Shown: positions 16,372 through 25,027 of the stretch, piece after piece | Position numbering within the stretch: the stretch's first letter is position 1 | Layout: every line of letters begins with the position of its first letter | Origin: an uncultured bacterium | GTDB lineage: Bacteria > Caldisericota > Caldisericia > B22-G15 | Length of the DNA: 25,027 bases | Assembly: GCA_965612865.1 (NCBI GenBank) | Contig: CBFDTJ010000014.1 | Location: 1-25,027 of the forward strand | Direction: 5' to 3' | Program-made: the position numbers and the translations under genes | Notes under the pieces: generated by a model | Seen by the model: the letters and a program-made list of their open reading frames with translations, nothing else | Told to the model about the DNA's origin: nothing | Databases searched by the model: none

Positions 16372-16824
16372 TCACCTCACCACTTCAACCTTTCCCCCTG
16401 CTTTCTCAATCTTTTCCTTTGCGCTTTCACTAAAAGCGCTTGCTTTTACTGTAAGGGGAAAATCTATCTCTCCTCTTCCAAGAATCTTAACAAATCTAAC
16501 TCTTTCCTTTATTATTCCTTTATCTTTAAGTGTGTCTATATCAACGGTGTCTCCTTGTTTAAAGAACTCTGATAGTGTATCAATATTTATTTCAGCCATT
16601 ATCTTCCTGTTTTTTCTACTCTTAAAACCTTTAAGCTGGGGAAGTCTCTTATATATTGGGGTCTGTCCACCTTCAAACCAGCTCTCTTTTCCTCTTCCAC
16701 TTCTTGATTTCTGTCCTTTATTTCCGTATCCTGCATTCTTTCCAGAGCCTGATCCTGGTCCTCTTCCAACTCTAAATTTTTTCTTCCTTGGAAAAGGGTT
16801 AGAGAGGTTATTCAACTTTACCAT
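16372..16824 (-). CDS. rplO: 50S ribosomal protein L15
   Basis: [42 protein letters not shown]. Confidence 0.98.
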   Translation of the reverse strand: MVKLNNLSNPFPRKKKFRVGRGPGSGSGKNAGYGNKGQKSRSGRGKESWFEGGQTPIYKRLPQLKGFKSRKNRKIMAEINIDTLSEFFKQGDTVDIDTLKDKGIIKERVRFVKILGRGEIDFPLTVKASAFSESAKEKIEKAGGKVEVVR

Positions 16825-17323
16825 CCTGAACCTCCTTTACCTTCCTTTTTCCCAATAGCTCCATCTTTTTCTGGAAAGTTATAAGATTCTTGAGTGCTTC
16901 AAGGGTTGCAAGGGCAACATTTACCTGATTGGATGAACCAAGAGACTTGGAAAGAACATCTCTTACTCCTGCAAGTTGAAGTACTGCTCTTACTGCGCCT
17001 CCTGCAATAATTCCGGTTCCAGGAACTGCTGGTTTCAGGAATACCTTTGCTGCACCCCACTTTCCCCAGATCTCGTGAGGAATTGTGGTTCCCTTAAGAT
17101 TCACCTTTATGGCATCTCTTCTTGCCCTTGCTGAAGCTTTTTTTATTGCTGAAGGAACTTCGTTGGCTTTTCCTACGCCAACTCCGACAGTACCATTTCT
17201 ATCTCCAACAACGACAAGGGCTCTAAATCTAAGTCTCTTTCCTCCTTTGGTTACCTTCGTAACTCTCCTTATCTGAACAAGCTGCTCCTCAAAAGTAACT
17301 TCAAGATCATCTCTACTTATCAT
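16808..17323 (-). CDS. rpsE: 30S ribosomal protein S5
   Basis: [38 protein letters not shown]. Confidence 0.98.
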   Translation of the reverse strand: MISRDDLEVTFEEQLVQIRRVTKVTKGGKRLRFRALVVVGDRNGTVGVGVGKANEVPSAIKKASARARRDAIKVNLKGTTIPHEIWGKWGAAKVFLKPAVPGTGIIAGGAVRAVLQLAGVRDVLSKSLGSSNQVNVALATLEALKNLITFQKKMELLGKRKVKEVQDGKVE

Positions 17324-17334
17324 CTCATCTCCTC

Positions 17335-17703
17335 CTAAAATTCTATTCCCTTCTTTCTCATCTCTTCACAAAGGGCCTTTATGTTGCCATGATACATGTA
17401 ACCTGATCTATCAAAGATTATGGTCTTTATTCCTTTTTCTAAAAGAAGATCTGCCATTTTCTGACCGAGAAGTATGTATGCCTCTTTGTTCTTCTTTCCC
17501 TTGAGAGTTTCTCTTATCTCTGGAGTTAAAGTGGAAAGGTAAATTAGGGTATGGCCATTCTCATCGTCTATTGCCTGAAGGTGTATATGTTTCAGACTTT
17601 TGTATATACAAACTCTTGGACGAGAAAAAGTTCCAGAGATTTTTTTCCTTATCCTCTTATGTCTTGCTTTCCTTTTCTCATTTCTATTTACCTGTTTAAT
17701 CAT
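17335..17703 (-). CDS. rplR: 50S ribosomal protein L18
   Basis: [30 protein letters not shown]. Confidence 0.97.
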   Translation of the reverse strand: MIKQVNRNEKRKARHKRIRKKISGTFSRPRVCIYKSLKHIHLQAIDDENGHTLIYLSTLTPEIRETLKGKKNKEAYILLGQKMADLLLEKGIKTIIFDRSGYMYHGNIKALCEEMRKKGIEF

Positions 17704-17712
17704 ATTTCCTCC

Positions 17713-18264
17713 TTATGCTCCAGTTCCCTTGGCAAGAGCCTTTCCTGGTTTTCTTCTAATAACTTCGTTTTCGTATCTTATACCTTTTGCTTTGTATGGA
17801 TCAGGATTTCTAAGTCTTCTAATCTTCGCTGCCACATGACCAACAAGTTCCTTATCGAACCCTTTGACCTTTATCCTGATTCCTCTTTCAACTTCAAACT
17901 CAATTCCTTCTGGAGCTTCTATCTCAATTGGATGGGAATAGCCAAGATTTATCACGAGCTTCTTCCCTGTAAGCTGTGCCTTATAACCAACACCATGGAT
18001 TATGAGAGTTTTTTCAAAACCTTTACTTACTCCTTCCACCATATTGTTTATCAAAGCTCTGTATGTTCCATGAAGTGATCTCACCTGTTTATCTTCTCTG
18101 CTTCTTTCCACAACTATCTGGGAATCCTCTACTTTCACTGAAAGCACAGGTGGAAATTCCCTTTTAAGGGTTCCTTTGGGTCCCTTTACTGTTATCTCTC
18201 TATCCTTTATAGTTACCTCAACTCCTTTTGGTATTGGAATTGGTTTTTTTCCTATTCTTGACAT
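17713..18264 (-). CDS. rplF: 50S ribosomal protein L6
   Basis: MSRIGKKPI, VKGPKG, GVGYKA, LGYSHP, PDPYKAKGIRY. Confidence 0.98.
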   Translation of the reverse strand: MSRIGKKPIPIPKGVEVTIKDREITVKGPKGTLKREFPPVLSVKVEDSQIVVERSREDKQVRSLHGTYRALINNMVEGVSKGFEKTLIIHGVGYKAQLTGKKLVINLGYSHPIEIEAPEGIEFEVERGIRIKVKGFDKELVGHVAAKIRRLRNPDPYKAKGIRYENEVIRRKPGKALAKGTGA

Positions 18265-18273
18265 CTCATCCTC

Positions 18274-18669
18274 CTACCATACGTACAGAAGAACCTCTCC
18301 ACCCTGACCTATCTTTCTTGCAACCCTATCAGTTACAAGACCCTTTGAGGTGGAGATAATTGCTATTCCTATACCATTAAGAACCTTCGGCACCTGGTCT
18401 TTTCCAACATAGATTCTCCTTCCAGGTTTTGAGACTCTCTGGATTCCCATAATTACTCTTTCCTTATTCTTTCCATACTTCAGGTATATCTTTATGGTCT
18501 TCTTGTTGTCTTTCTCTATAACTTCGTAATCACTTATATAGCCTTCGTCTTTAAGAATCTGTACAATATTCCTCTTTATCCTGGAGTAAGGAACCTCTGT
18601 AGATTCTTTGTATACCATATTTGCATTTCTTATTCTTGTTATAAGATCTGCAATTGGATCTGTCATCAA
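18274..18669 (-). CDS. rpsH: 30S ribosomal protein S8
   Basis: [34 protein letters not shown]; start probably TTG 18669 or ATG 18666 given the GGAGG SD position. Confidence 0.96.
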   Translation of the reverse strand: MMTDPIADLITRIRNANMVYKESTEVPYSRIKRNIVQILKDEGYISDYEVIEKDNKKTIKIYLKYGKNKERVIMGIQRVSKPGRRIYVGKDQVPKVLNGIGIAIISTSKGLVTDRVARKIGQGGEVLLYVW

Positions 18670-18681
18670 GTTAACCACCTC

Positions 18682-18867
18682 CTACCAACTCGCTTTCTTC
18701 ATTCCGGGAATATAACCTGAGTGGAAATATTTCCTCACACAAATTCTGCAAAGTCCAAAGTCATTGTAAACAGCTCTTGGTCTTCCACAGATTCTACATC
18801 TATTCACCTTTCTTGTTCTATACTTTGGTTTTCTTTTTGCTTTCTCTATTAAAGCCTTCCTTGCCAT
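18682..18867 (-). CDS. rpsN: 30S ribosomal protein S14, short zinc-binding type Z
   Basis: 61 aa, [24 protein letters not shown]. Confidence 0.97.
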   Translation of the reverse strand: MARKALIEKAKRKPKYRTRKVNRCRICGRPRAVYNDFGLCRICVRKYFHSGYIPGMKKASW

Positions 18868-19422
18868 TTATGCCTCCTTTCTCTTCTTTGTTTCAAAGGG
18901 AAGCCCCAGCTCTTCAAGTAAAGCCTCTGCCTCTTCATCTGTTTTTGCAGTGGTGACAATGGTTATATCAAAACCTCTAACTTTATCAATCATGTCGTAA
19001 TCGATCTCTGGAAATATCAACTGCTCTTCCACACCAAAAGTATAATTACCTCTTCCGTCAAAAGACTTTCTGGAGAGACCTCTAAAGTCCCTTATTCTTG
19101 GAAGAGCGACATTGATAAGTTTCTCAAAGAATTCCTCCATTCTCTTTCCTCTAAGAGTGACTTTGGCACCTACAACCATTCCTTTTCTGATCTTGAAGGA
19201 GGCAATGGACTTCCTTGCCTTCTTAAAAACTGGTTTCTGTCCTGTTATGAGTTTTATCTCTTCTTCTGTCTTCTCAATTGCCTTTGGGTTCTCAGGAGCA
19301 TCTCCTATTCCACGGTTTACGACTATCTTCACAATCTTCGGGACTTCCATTATATTTTTATATCCAAACCTCTTCATGAGCTTTGGAGCTACTTCAAGCC
19401 ATTTAGCCTTTAAGTATCCCAT
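18868..19422 (-). CDS. rplE: 50S ribosomal protein L5
   Basis: [35 protein letters not shown]. Confidence 0.98.
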   Translation of the reverse strand: MGYLKAKWLEVAPKLMKRFGYKNIMEVPKIVKIVVNRGIGDAPENPKAIEKTEEEIKLITGQKPVFKKARKSIASFKIRKGMVVGAKVTLRGKRMEEFFEKLINVALPRIRDFRGLSRKSFDGRGNYTFGVEEQLIFPEIDYDMIDKVRGFDITIVTTAKTDEEAEALLEELGLPFETKKRKEA

Positions 19423-19430
19423 AATTCCTC

Positions 19431-19757
19431 CTATGTTCTATCAATGATTTCTCCACACTTCTTACAAACTCTCACCTTTTCTCCTGTTTCAAGAAACAGC
19501 ATTCCAACTCTTGTGGGGTTTTTACAGTGAGGACATACAAGTTCAACTTTCCATGCGTATATAGGACTTTCTATCTCCTTCACACCACCTTCAGGATACT
19601 TCTGAGTGGGTCTCATGTGTTTCTTAACTACATTCACTCCTTCAACAATTACCTTTCTTTCTCCGGGAAGAACTTTGAGGACCTTTCCTGTTTTTCCTTT
19701 ATCTCTGCCTCTTATTACTTTTACAGTGTCTCCTTTTCTAATTCTCAGTCTTCTCAT
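19431..19757 (-). CDS. rplX: 50S ribosomal protein L24
   Basis: KOW motif [19 protein letters not shown] and VEGVN; start moved to ATG 19757, just after the rplN stop. Confidence 0.96.
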   Translation of the reverse strand: MRRLRIRKGDTVKVIRGRDKGKTGKVLKVLPGERKVIVEGVNVVKKHMRPTQKYPEGGVKEIESPIYAWKVELVCPHCKNPTRVGMLFLETGEKVRVCKKCGEIIDRT

Positions 19758-19758
19758 C

Positions 19759-20127
19759 CTACACCACCTCTGCTGCAAGGGAAATTATCTTAAGGTACCC
19801 TTTCTCCCTCAGTTCTCTACATACTGGACCAAAAATTCTGGTTCCTTTAGGATTTCCGTCTTCATCTATTATTACCACGGCATTGTCATCAAACCTCACA
19901 TAAGATCCATCTGGTCTTCTAATTCTGTTTTTGGTCCTTACAATAACTCCTTTACCTACAGTTCCTTTTGGAATAGGACTGTTTGGAATAGCATCTTTAA
20001 CTGTAAAAACGATTATATCTCCTACTTTTCCATACAATTTATTTGATGCTCCAAGAACTCTTATACACATAACCTCTTTTGCGCCTGTATTATCTGCAAC
20101 TTTAAGTCTCGTCTGTGGTCTTATCAT
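19759..20127 (-). CDS. rplN: 50S ribosomal protein L14
   Basis: [33 protein letters not shown]. Confidence 0.98.
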   Translation of the reverse strand: MIRPQTRLKVADNTGAKEVMCIRVLGASNKLYGKVGDIIVFTVKDAIPNSPIPKGTVGKGVIVRTKNRIRRPDGSYVRFDDNAVVIIDEDGNPKGTRIFGPVCRELREKGYLKIISLAAEVV

Positions 20128-20389
20128 TTTTCACCTCCGAAGTTTCCTCTCTTGGAACACTTTTCACTATTCTTCTAACTCTCCACCTCTTGAGTTTGCT
20201 TAGAGGTCTCGTCTCTTCTATTTCCACTATGTCTCCAATCTCAAGGGGTATCTCAGTATGAGCATAAAACTTCGAGTGTCTCTTAATGTACTTCTTAAGA
20301 AGAGGATGCTTTACAAGTCTCTCAAGCCTTACAATCACTGTCTTCTGCATCTTGTTTGATATAACTTCTCCTATCAATCTCTTCTTCAT
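20102..20389 (-). CDS. rpsQ: 30S ribosomal protein S17
   Basis: [31 protein letters not shown]. Confidence 0.97.
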   Translation of the reverse strand: MKKRLIGEVISNKMQKTVIVRLERLVKHPLLKKYIKRHSKFYAHTEIPLEIGDIVEIEETRPLSKLKRWRVRRIVKSVPREETSEVKNDKTTDET

Positions 20390-20580
20390 GATACTCTCTC
20401 CTTTTCCTTAAGAATGGTAAGGATTCTTGCAATATCTCTTCTTACAAATCTGATTCTTACAGGATTCTTTAACTGATGGGTCGCCTGCTGGAATCTGAGA
20501 TTAAACAGCTCTCTCCTTAATTCCTCAAGTTTTCTTTCCAATTCATCTATTGAAAGTTCTCTTAATTCTCTTGCCTTCAT
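20386..20580 (-). CDS. rpmC: 50S ribosomal protein L29
   Basis: [24 protein letters not shown]. Confidence 0.97.
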   Translation of the reverse strand: MKARELRELSIDELERKLEELRRELFNLRFQQATHQLKNPVRIRFVRRDIARILTILKEKERVS

Positions 20581-20584
20581 TCTC

Positions 20585-20995
20585 TTACACCTCTCTTTTA
20601 ACTATCTTCGTTTTTATAGGCAGTTTGCTCTGGGCAAGTCTCAAGGCGTGAGTGGCAAGCTCTTCTGATACTCCACCAATCTCAAAAAGGATTCTTCCAG
20701 GCTTAATTACGGCTACCCAGAACTCTGGATCTCCCTTTCCACCGCCCATTCTTGTTTCTGCTGGTTTCTTTGTTACAGGTTTATCAGGGAATATTCTTAT
20801 CCACATCTTTCCGCCTTTATGGGCTGCCTGGGAAATTGGAATTCTTGCTGCCTCTATCTGGCGTGCAGTTATCCATCCGGGCTCCAGAGCCTTTATTCCA
20901 TACTCTCCAAAGGCTATCCTTGATCCTTTAATGGCTAAACCTTTGGTTCTTCTTCTATGTTGCTTTCTCCATTTAACTCTCTCTGGCATAAGCAT
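20585..20995 (-). CDS. rplP: 50S ribosomal protein L16
   Basis: [35 protein letters not shown]. Confidence 0.98.
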   Translation of the reverse strand: MLMPERVKWRKQHRRRTKGLAIKGSRIAFGEYGIKALEPGWITARQIEAARIPISQAAHKGGKMWIRIFPDKPVTKKPAETRMGGGKGDPEFWVAVIKPGRILFEIGGVSEELATHALRLAQSKLPIKTKIVKREV

Positions 20996-20997
20996 AA

Positions 20998-21660
20998 TTA
21001 CACCTCCACCTGCTCTTTCCTGAATCTTCTAACGGGAAGGTCTCCTCTGTAAATCCACACTTTTACTCCGATAACTCCAAACTTTGTCTTTGCTGGTATG
21101 TAAGCATAGTCTATATCTGCTGTGAGCGTCTGAAGAGGAATTCTTCCTTCCTTGAACCACTCAGTTCTTGCGATTTCTGCTCCGTCAAGTCTTCCTGAGC
21201 ACTGAACCTTTATACCTTTAGCTCCGCCTTTCATTGTTCTGGCTATGGTCTGTTTCATGGCTCTCTTGTAAGATGCTCTCTTTTCAATTCTGTCAACAAT
21301 AAATTCTGCCTGAAGTTTTGCAGAAAGTTCAGGTTTTTTAACTTCCACTACCTTAACATCCAGTTTTTTATCTCCAACAATTTCCTGAAGATCGCCTTTA
21401 AGCCTTTCGATATTGGATCCACCTTTTCCTATAAGAACTCCAGGTCTCGCGGTAAATATAACAACTCTCACCTGGTCACCTTTTCTGTAAATCTCAACAG
21501 AGGCAACTGCAACTTCTCTTCCAAGACTGTCAATTTTATTTCTTATCATCAAATCTTCAAAGAGGATGTTCGGTATCTCTTTCTTGGGAGCATACCAGAA
21601 AGCCTTCCATTCTTTAGTTACTCCGATCCTAAAACCATACGGGTTAACTTTCTGACCCAT
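20998..21660 (-). CDS. rpsC: 30S ribosomal protein S3
   Basis: [43 protein letters not shown]. Confidence 0.98.
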   Translation of the reverse strand: MGQKVNPYGFRIGVTKEWKAFWYAPKKEIPNILFEDLMIRNKIDSLGREVAVASVEIYRKGDQVRVVIFTARPGVLIGKGGSNIERLKGDLQEIVGDKKLDVKVVEVKKPELSAKLQAEFIVDRIEKRASYKRAMKQTIARTMKGGAKGIKVQCSGRLDGAEIARTEWFKEGRIPLQTLTADIDYAYIPAKTKFGVIGVKVWIYRGDLPVRRFRKEQVEV

Positions 21661-22004
21661 TACTCTTCCTCCTTTCTCTCTTCAACATAAACAGTTATAT
21701 GTGAAAGGGGTCTTCTAATAACATCTGCTCTACCCATTCCACGGGGTTTAACCCTTTTCATAGGAGGTCCTTGATCAACCATTATCTTACTTATATAGAG
21801 AAGATTCTCATTCATGTGGTAGTTGTTTTTGGCATTGGCTGCAGCAGATTTTATTGTCTTTGCTATGGGAACAGCAGTCTTTGAAGGGATAAATTTGAGC
21901 ATGGAAAGTGCAATCTTTACATTCTTTCCTCTTACAAGGCTGGCTATTCTTCTTGCTTTCTTTGGAGATATTCTTACAAATCTATTCACTGCTCTAACTT
22001 CCAT
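21660..22004 (-). CDS. rplV: 50S ribosomal protein L22
   Basis: RISPKKAR, SAAANA, VDQGP.MKR, SHIT. Confidence 0.98.
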   Translation of the reverse strand: MEVRAVNRFVRISPKKARRIASLVRGKNVKIALSMLKFIPSKTAVPIAKTIKSAAANAKNNYHMNENLLYISKIMVDQGPPMKRVKPRGMGRADVIRRPLSHITVYVEERKEEE

Positions 22005-22014
22005 TGTTTACCTC

Positions 22015-22299
22015 CTATTTAGGTGCCGTTGAACGCTCAGTGGGTCTGTTGTGAGACCTGAAGGTTCTTGTAAAGGCGAATTCACCAAGTTTGTGTCCGA
22101 CCATTGCTTTTGTTATGTAAATGGGAATGTGATTCTTTCCATTATGAACTGCAATAGTATGTCCAACCATCTCTTCAGTAATAGTAGATCTTCTGCACCA
22201 CACCTTTATTATCTTCTTCACACCTTTTTCATTCATCTCTCTTATTCTTTTCAAAAGTTTCTCATCCACATAGGGTCCTTTTTTCTTGCTTCTTCCCAT
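22015..22299 (-). CDS. rpsS: 30S ribosomal protein S19
   Basis: [26 protein letters not shown]. Confidence 0.98.
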   Translation of the reverse strand: MGRSKKKGPYVDEKLLKRIREMNEKGVKKIIKVWCRRSTITEEMVGHTIAVHNGKNHIPIYITKAMVGHKLGEFAFTRTFRSHNRPTERSTAPK

Positions 22300-22301
22300 G
22301 C

Positions 22302-23129
22302 CTACTTCCTCCTCCTGACTATAAATCTGGTACTTGGTTTCTTTTTCTTCCTGGTCTTTTTACCAAGAGTCGGTTTACCCCAGGGAGATAAAGGTGAAGG
22401 GTGTCCAATTGGAGCTTTTCCTTCTCCTCCTCCATGTGGATGATCCACCGGGTTCATGGCAGATCCTCTAACTGTAGGTCTTATACCAAGATGTCTTTTT
22501 CTGCCTGCTTTTCCAAGGGAGACATTGATATGGTCAAGATTTCCAACCTGTCCAATTGTGGCTCTGCACTTTATGTTTATCATCCTGATTTCTCCTGAAG
22601 GAAGTTTCACCTGTGCATACTTTCCCTCTTTACTCATAATCTGAGCTCCTGCTCCTGCAGAACGTACAATCTGACCTCCTTTACCAGGAGTAAGCTCTAT
22701 ATTATGAATTAGAGTTCCTACCGGTATGTTTTCTATGGGCATACTGTTCCCTGGTTTTATGGGAACATTCTCTCCTGAAAGAATGGTATCTCCAACCTGG
22801 AGTCCCAGTGGAGCAAGGATGTACCTTTTTTCTCCATCGGCGTAATGAATAAGGGCAATTCTTGCTGATCTGTTGGGATCGTATTCTATGCTTGCAACTT
22901 TTCCAGGCACTCCATCTTTATCTCTCTTAAAATCAATAATTCTGTAGAGCCTTTTAACTCCACCGCCTCTATGTCTTGTGGTTATCTTTCCCTGGTTATT
23001 TCTTCCAGCTTTCTTTCTTAAACCAACTACAAGAGATTTCTCTGGTTCCTTTTTTGTTATATCGCTGAAGTCTGGATAAACTGCATGTCTCTGCCCCGGG
23101 GTTATTGGTCTAACCTTTCTTAGTCCCAT
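22302..23129 (-). CDS. rplB: 50S ribosomal protein L2
   Basis: [35 protein letters not shown]. Confidence 0.99.
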   Translation of the reverse strand: MGLRKVRPITPGQRHAVYPDFSDITKKEPEKSLVVGLRKKAGRNNQGKITTRHRGGGVKRLYRIIDFKRDKDGVPGKVASIEYDPNRSARIALIHYADGEKRYILAPLGLQVGDTILSGENVPIKPGNSMPIENIPVGTLIHNIELTPGKGGQIVRSAGAGAQIMSKEGKYAQVKLPSGEIRMINIKCRATIGQVGNLDHINVSLGKAGRKRHLGIRPTVRGSAMNPVDHPHGGGEGKAPIGHPSPLSPWGKPTLGKKTRKKKKPSTRFIVRRRK

Positions 23130-23130
23130 C

Positions 23131-23412
23131 TTATACTCCTTTCATAATATCTATGGAATACCCCTCTTTCAGAGTGACAATGGCCTTCTTCCCTTCTGGA
23201 GTATGGGAGAAGAAAGCCCTTGACCTTCTTTTCTTGGGGTATTTTTTCAATATATTCACCTTTTCAACCTTCACATTAAATAACTCCTCAACAGCCTTTT
23301 TAACCATATCTTTATTGGCATTCTTATACACTAAGAAAACATACTTTCTCTCTTTAGAAAGTTCCTGACTTTTCTCAGTAACCACCGGTCTAATCAAAAC
23401 TCTCTCAAACAT
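23131..23412 (-). CDS. rplW: 50S ribosomal protein L23
   Basis: [27 protein letters not shown]. Confidence 0.96.
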   Translation of the reverse strand: MFERVLIRPVVTEKSQELSKERKYVFLVYKNANKDMVKKAVEELFNVKVEKVNILKKYPKKRRSRAFFSHTPEGKKAIVTLKEGYSIDIMKGV

Positions 23413-24028
23413 TGCCCCACACCTCTTTCATGTTTTTATATGCTTCCTCTGTCACAACAAGATTCTCGTGCTTAACTACATCATATGTATTAACTTTATT
23501 CCAGAAGAGTGGTTTCACCTTTGGAAGATTTCTCATTGAAAGTCCAACCTCACCATTCTCGTCAGAAAACACAAAGAGAATTGAACCAGAGATCTTAAGA
23601 GATTTAATCAATGCTGTGGCCTCTTTTGTACTTACTTTGTCAAACTTTACTCCCTTGAGAACAAAAAGTTTATCGTTGATAATCTTGTCTGAAATTGACG
23701 ATCTTATTGCAAGTTTCTTTACCTTTTTGGGGATACTTATTCTGAAACTTCTTGGTTTTGGACCAAAGACAACTCCTCCACCTCTCCAGATAGGAGAGCG
23801 AATGGATCCATGTCTTGCTCTTCCTGTACCTTTCTGCCTCCAGGGTTTTCTTCCACCACCTCTAACCTCTGCTCTGGTTTTTGTAGATGCTGTTCCTCTT
23901 CTTAAAGCATTCCTTACATACCTTATATCTTCAAATATGGAAAAGTAGTGAGGTGGAATTGAAAACCCTCTGGGAATTTCTTCATTTCCAACCACTTCGC
24001 CTTTTAGATTATATACAGGTATACTCAT
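23405..24028 (-). CDS. rplD: 50S ribosomal protein L4
   Basis: TKTRAEVRGGGRKPWRQKGTGRARHGS, GGGVVFGPKPR; start moved to ATG 24028, which has a GAGGTGA SD (GTG 24037 is an alternative). Confidence 0.96.
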   Translation of the reverse strand: MSIPVYNLKGEVVGNEEIPRGFSIPPHYFSIFEDIRYVRNALRRGTASTKTRAEVRGGGRKPWRQKGTGRARHGSIRSPIWRGGGVVFGPKPRSFRISIPKKVKKLAIRSSISDKIINDKLFVLKGVKFDKVSTKEATALIKSLKISGSILFVFSDENGEVGLSMRNLPKVKPLFWNKVNTYDVVKHENLVVTEEAYKNMKEVWGNV

Positions 24029-24029
24029 C

Positions 24030-24632
24030 TTACTCACCTCTTATTACAACAACAGAACCCTTTGGGCCAGGAACTGCACCCTTAAGTCCTATTAAGTTCT
24101 TCTCTTTATCAACAAAAACAACTTCAAGATTCTTCACCGTAACTGTTTCTCTTCCCATACGACCGGGCATTCTGTGTCCTTTGAAAACTCTCTGAGGAGT
24201 AAGTCTATTTCCAATAGCACCTATTCTTCTATGAGACATTGAACCGTGTGAGTCCTTTCCACCAGCCATTCCATGTCTTTTCATTACTCCCTGAAATCCT
24301 TTCCCTTTGGAGATACCCTGAACATCTACTCTCTCACCTTTCTGGAATATTTCCACAGTAATCTCTTCTCCTATATCTTTTTCAAAGTCTCTAATCTCTT
24401 TTAGGTACTTAAAGTACTCTCCTACTTTTGAGAAATGTCCTTTCAGGGGCTTATTAATTCTTTTTTCTTTGGCTGGCTCAAAACCTATCTGAACAGCAGT
24501 ATAACCGTCTTTTTCAGGAGTCTTTTTCTGAACAACCTTACATGGTCCTGCTTTAAGAACTGTTACAGGAACAACCTTTCTATCTTCAAAAATCTGTGTC
24601 ATACCCAGTTTCCTTGCTAAAATTCCTTTCAT
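24030..24632 (-). CDS. rplC: 50S ribosomal protein L3
   Basis: [36 protein letters not shown]. Confidence 0.98.
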   Translation of the reverse strand: MKGILARKLGMTQIFEDRKVVPVTVLKAGPCKVVQKKTPEKDGYTAVQIGFEPAKEKRINKPLKGHFSKVGEYFKYLKEIRDFEKDIGEEITVEIFQKGERVDVQGISKGKGFQGVMKRHGMAGGKDSHGSMSHRRIGAIGNRLTPQRVFKGHRMPGRMGRETVTVKNLEVVFVDKEKNLIGLKGAVPGPKGSVVVIRGE

Positions 24633-24642
24633 ATCTTCCTCC

Positions 24643-24957
24643 TTAGAGTTTTATCTCTATATCCACACCTGCTGGTAGATCAAGATCCATTAAAGCTTTA
24701 GTTGCCTCTGGTGTAGGATTTAAAATATCTATAAGCCTCTTATGAACTCTAAGCTCCAGCTGCTCTCTGGAATCCTTATCAATATTTGGTGCCCTTAAGA
24801 ATGTATAAACAGTTCTCTCAGAAGGAAGAGGGATAGGTCCCGCAACTTCTACCCCTTTCTTCTTGAGAGTTTCTACTATAAGGGTCGCTGACATATCAAG
24901 GATTCTTGAATCAAAGGATCTTAATTTTATTCTTACCTTGCTTTTAGTTCCTCTCAT
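24643..24957 (-). CDS. rpsJ: 30S ribosomal protein S10
   Basis: [38 protein letters not shown]. Confidence 0.98.
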   Translation of the reverse strand: MRGTKSKVRIKLRSFDSRILDMSATLIVETLKKKGVEVAGPIPLPSERTVYTFLRAPNIDKDSREQLELRVHKRLIDILNPTPEATKALMDLDLPAGVDIEIKL

Positions 24958-24964
24958 CTTCCAC

Positions 24965-25027
24965 CTACTCTATAACCTTGGATATAACTCCAGCACCAAC
25001 AGTTCTTCCACCCTCTCTTATTGCAAA
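24965..25027 (-). CDS. tuf: elongation factor Tu, C-terminal fragment (runs off the window)
   Basis: manual translation gives [20 protein letters not shown]. Confidence 0.97.
   Translation of the reverse strand, partial: FAIREGGRTVGAGVISKVIE

Noticed and set aside
1610..24620. Many alternative-frame and antisense ORFs in the track (e.g. 1871-2248, 5716-6126, 13579-14079, 15961-16572, 17551-18078, 23412-23948)
   Set aside because: They lie opposite or inside well-supported genes and have the Ser/Phe/Leu-rich composition expected of shadows of Lys/Glu-rich genes, with no recognisable motifs.
24770..24800. S10 loop variant RAPNIDKDS as a tetracycline/tigecycline resistance sign
   Set aside because: This loop varies naturally between lineages; no phenotype can be inferred from sequence alone.
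66..25027. CRISPR arrays, tRNA/rRNA genes, integrases or IS elements
   Set aside because: The window is almost entirely protein-coding, the longest intergenic gap is about 135 nt, and no repeat-spacer pattern, cloverleaf or recombinase motif was seen.

Overview
The window has three parts. (1) Positions 1-65 are not biological: they are an Illumina Nextera P5/i5 adapter ending in the Tn5 mosaic end. (2) Positions ~66-2825 look archaeal: a gene truncated by the adapter, a TATA-like divergent promoter, trkH, a CoaE-like P-loop kinase and two related orphan ORFs. (3) Positions ~2826-25027 are bacterial housekeeping DNA from an AT-rich, probably thermophilic lineage (Caldisericota-like is my tentative impression). 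On the minus strand lie gltX-cysS-rlmB and a continuous tuf(3' end)-S10-spc-alpha-ecfA1A2T superoperon; between them are a plus-strand CDP-alcohol phosphotransferase gene and an EamA transporter gene. The main points of interest are an RNA polymerase alpha subunit with two tandem alphaCTD-like domains, and an abrupt archaeal/bacterial junction near 2830-2860 (chimera or transfer) marked by a switch in CTAG usage. Also notable: rpmD is missing from the spc operon, eamA is probably leaderless, and the ORF track missed rpmJ and the tuf fragment. I saw no CRISPR, tRNA, rRNA or genuine mobile element.
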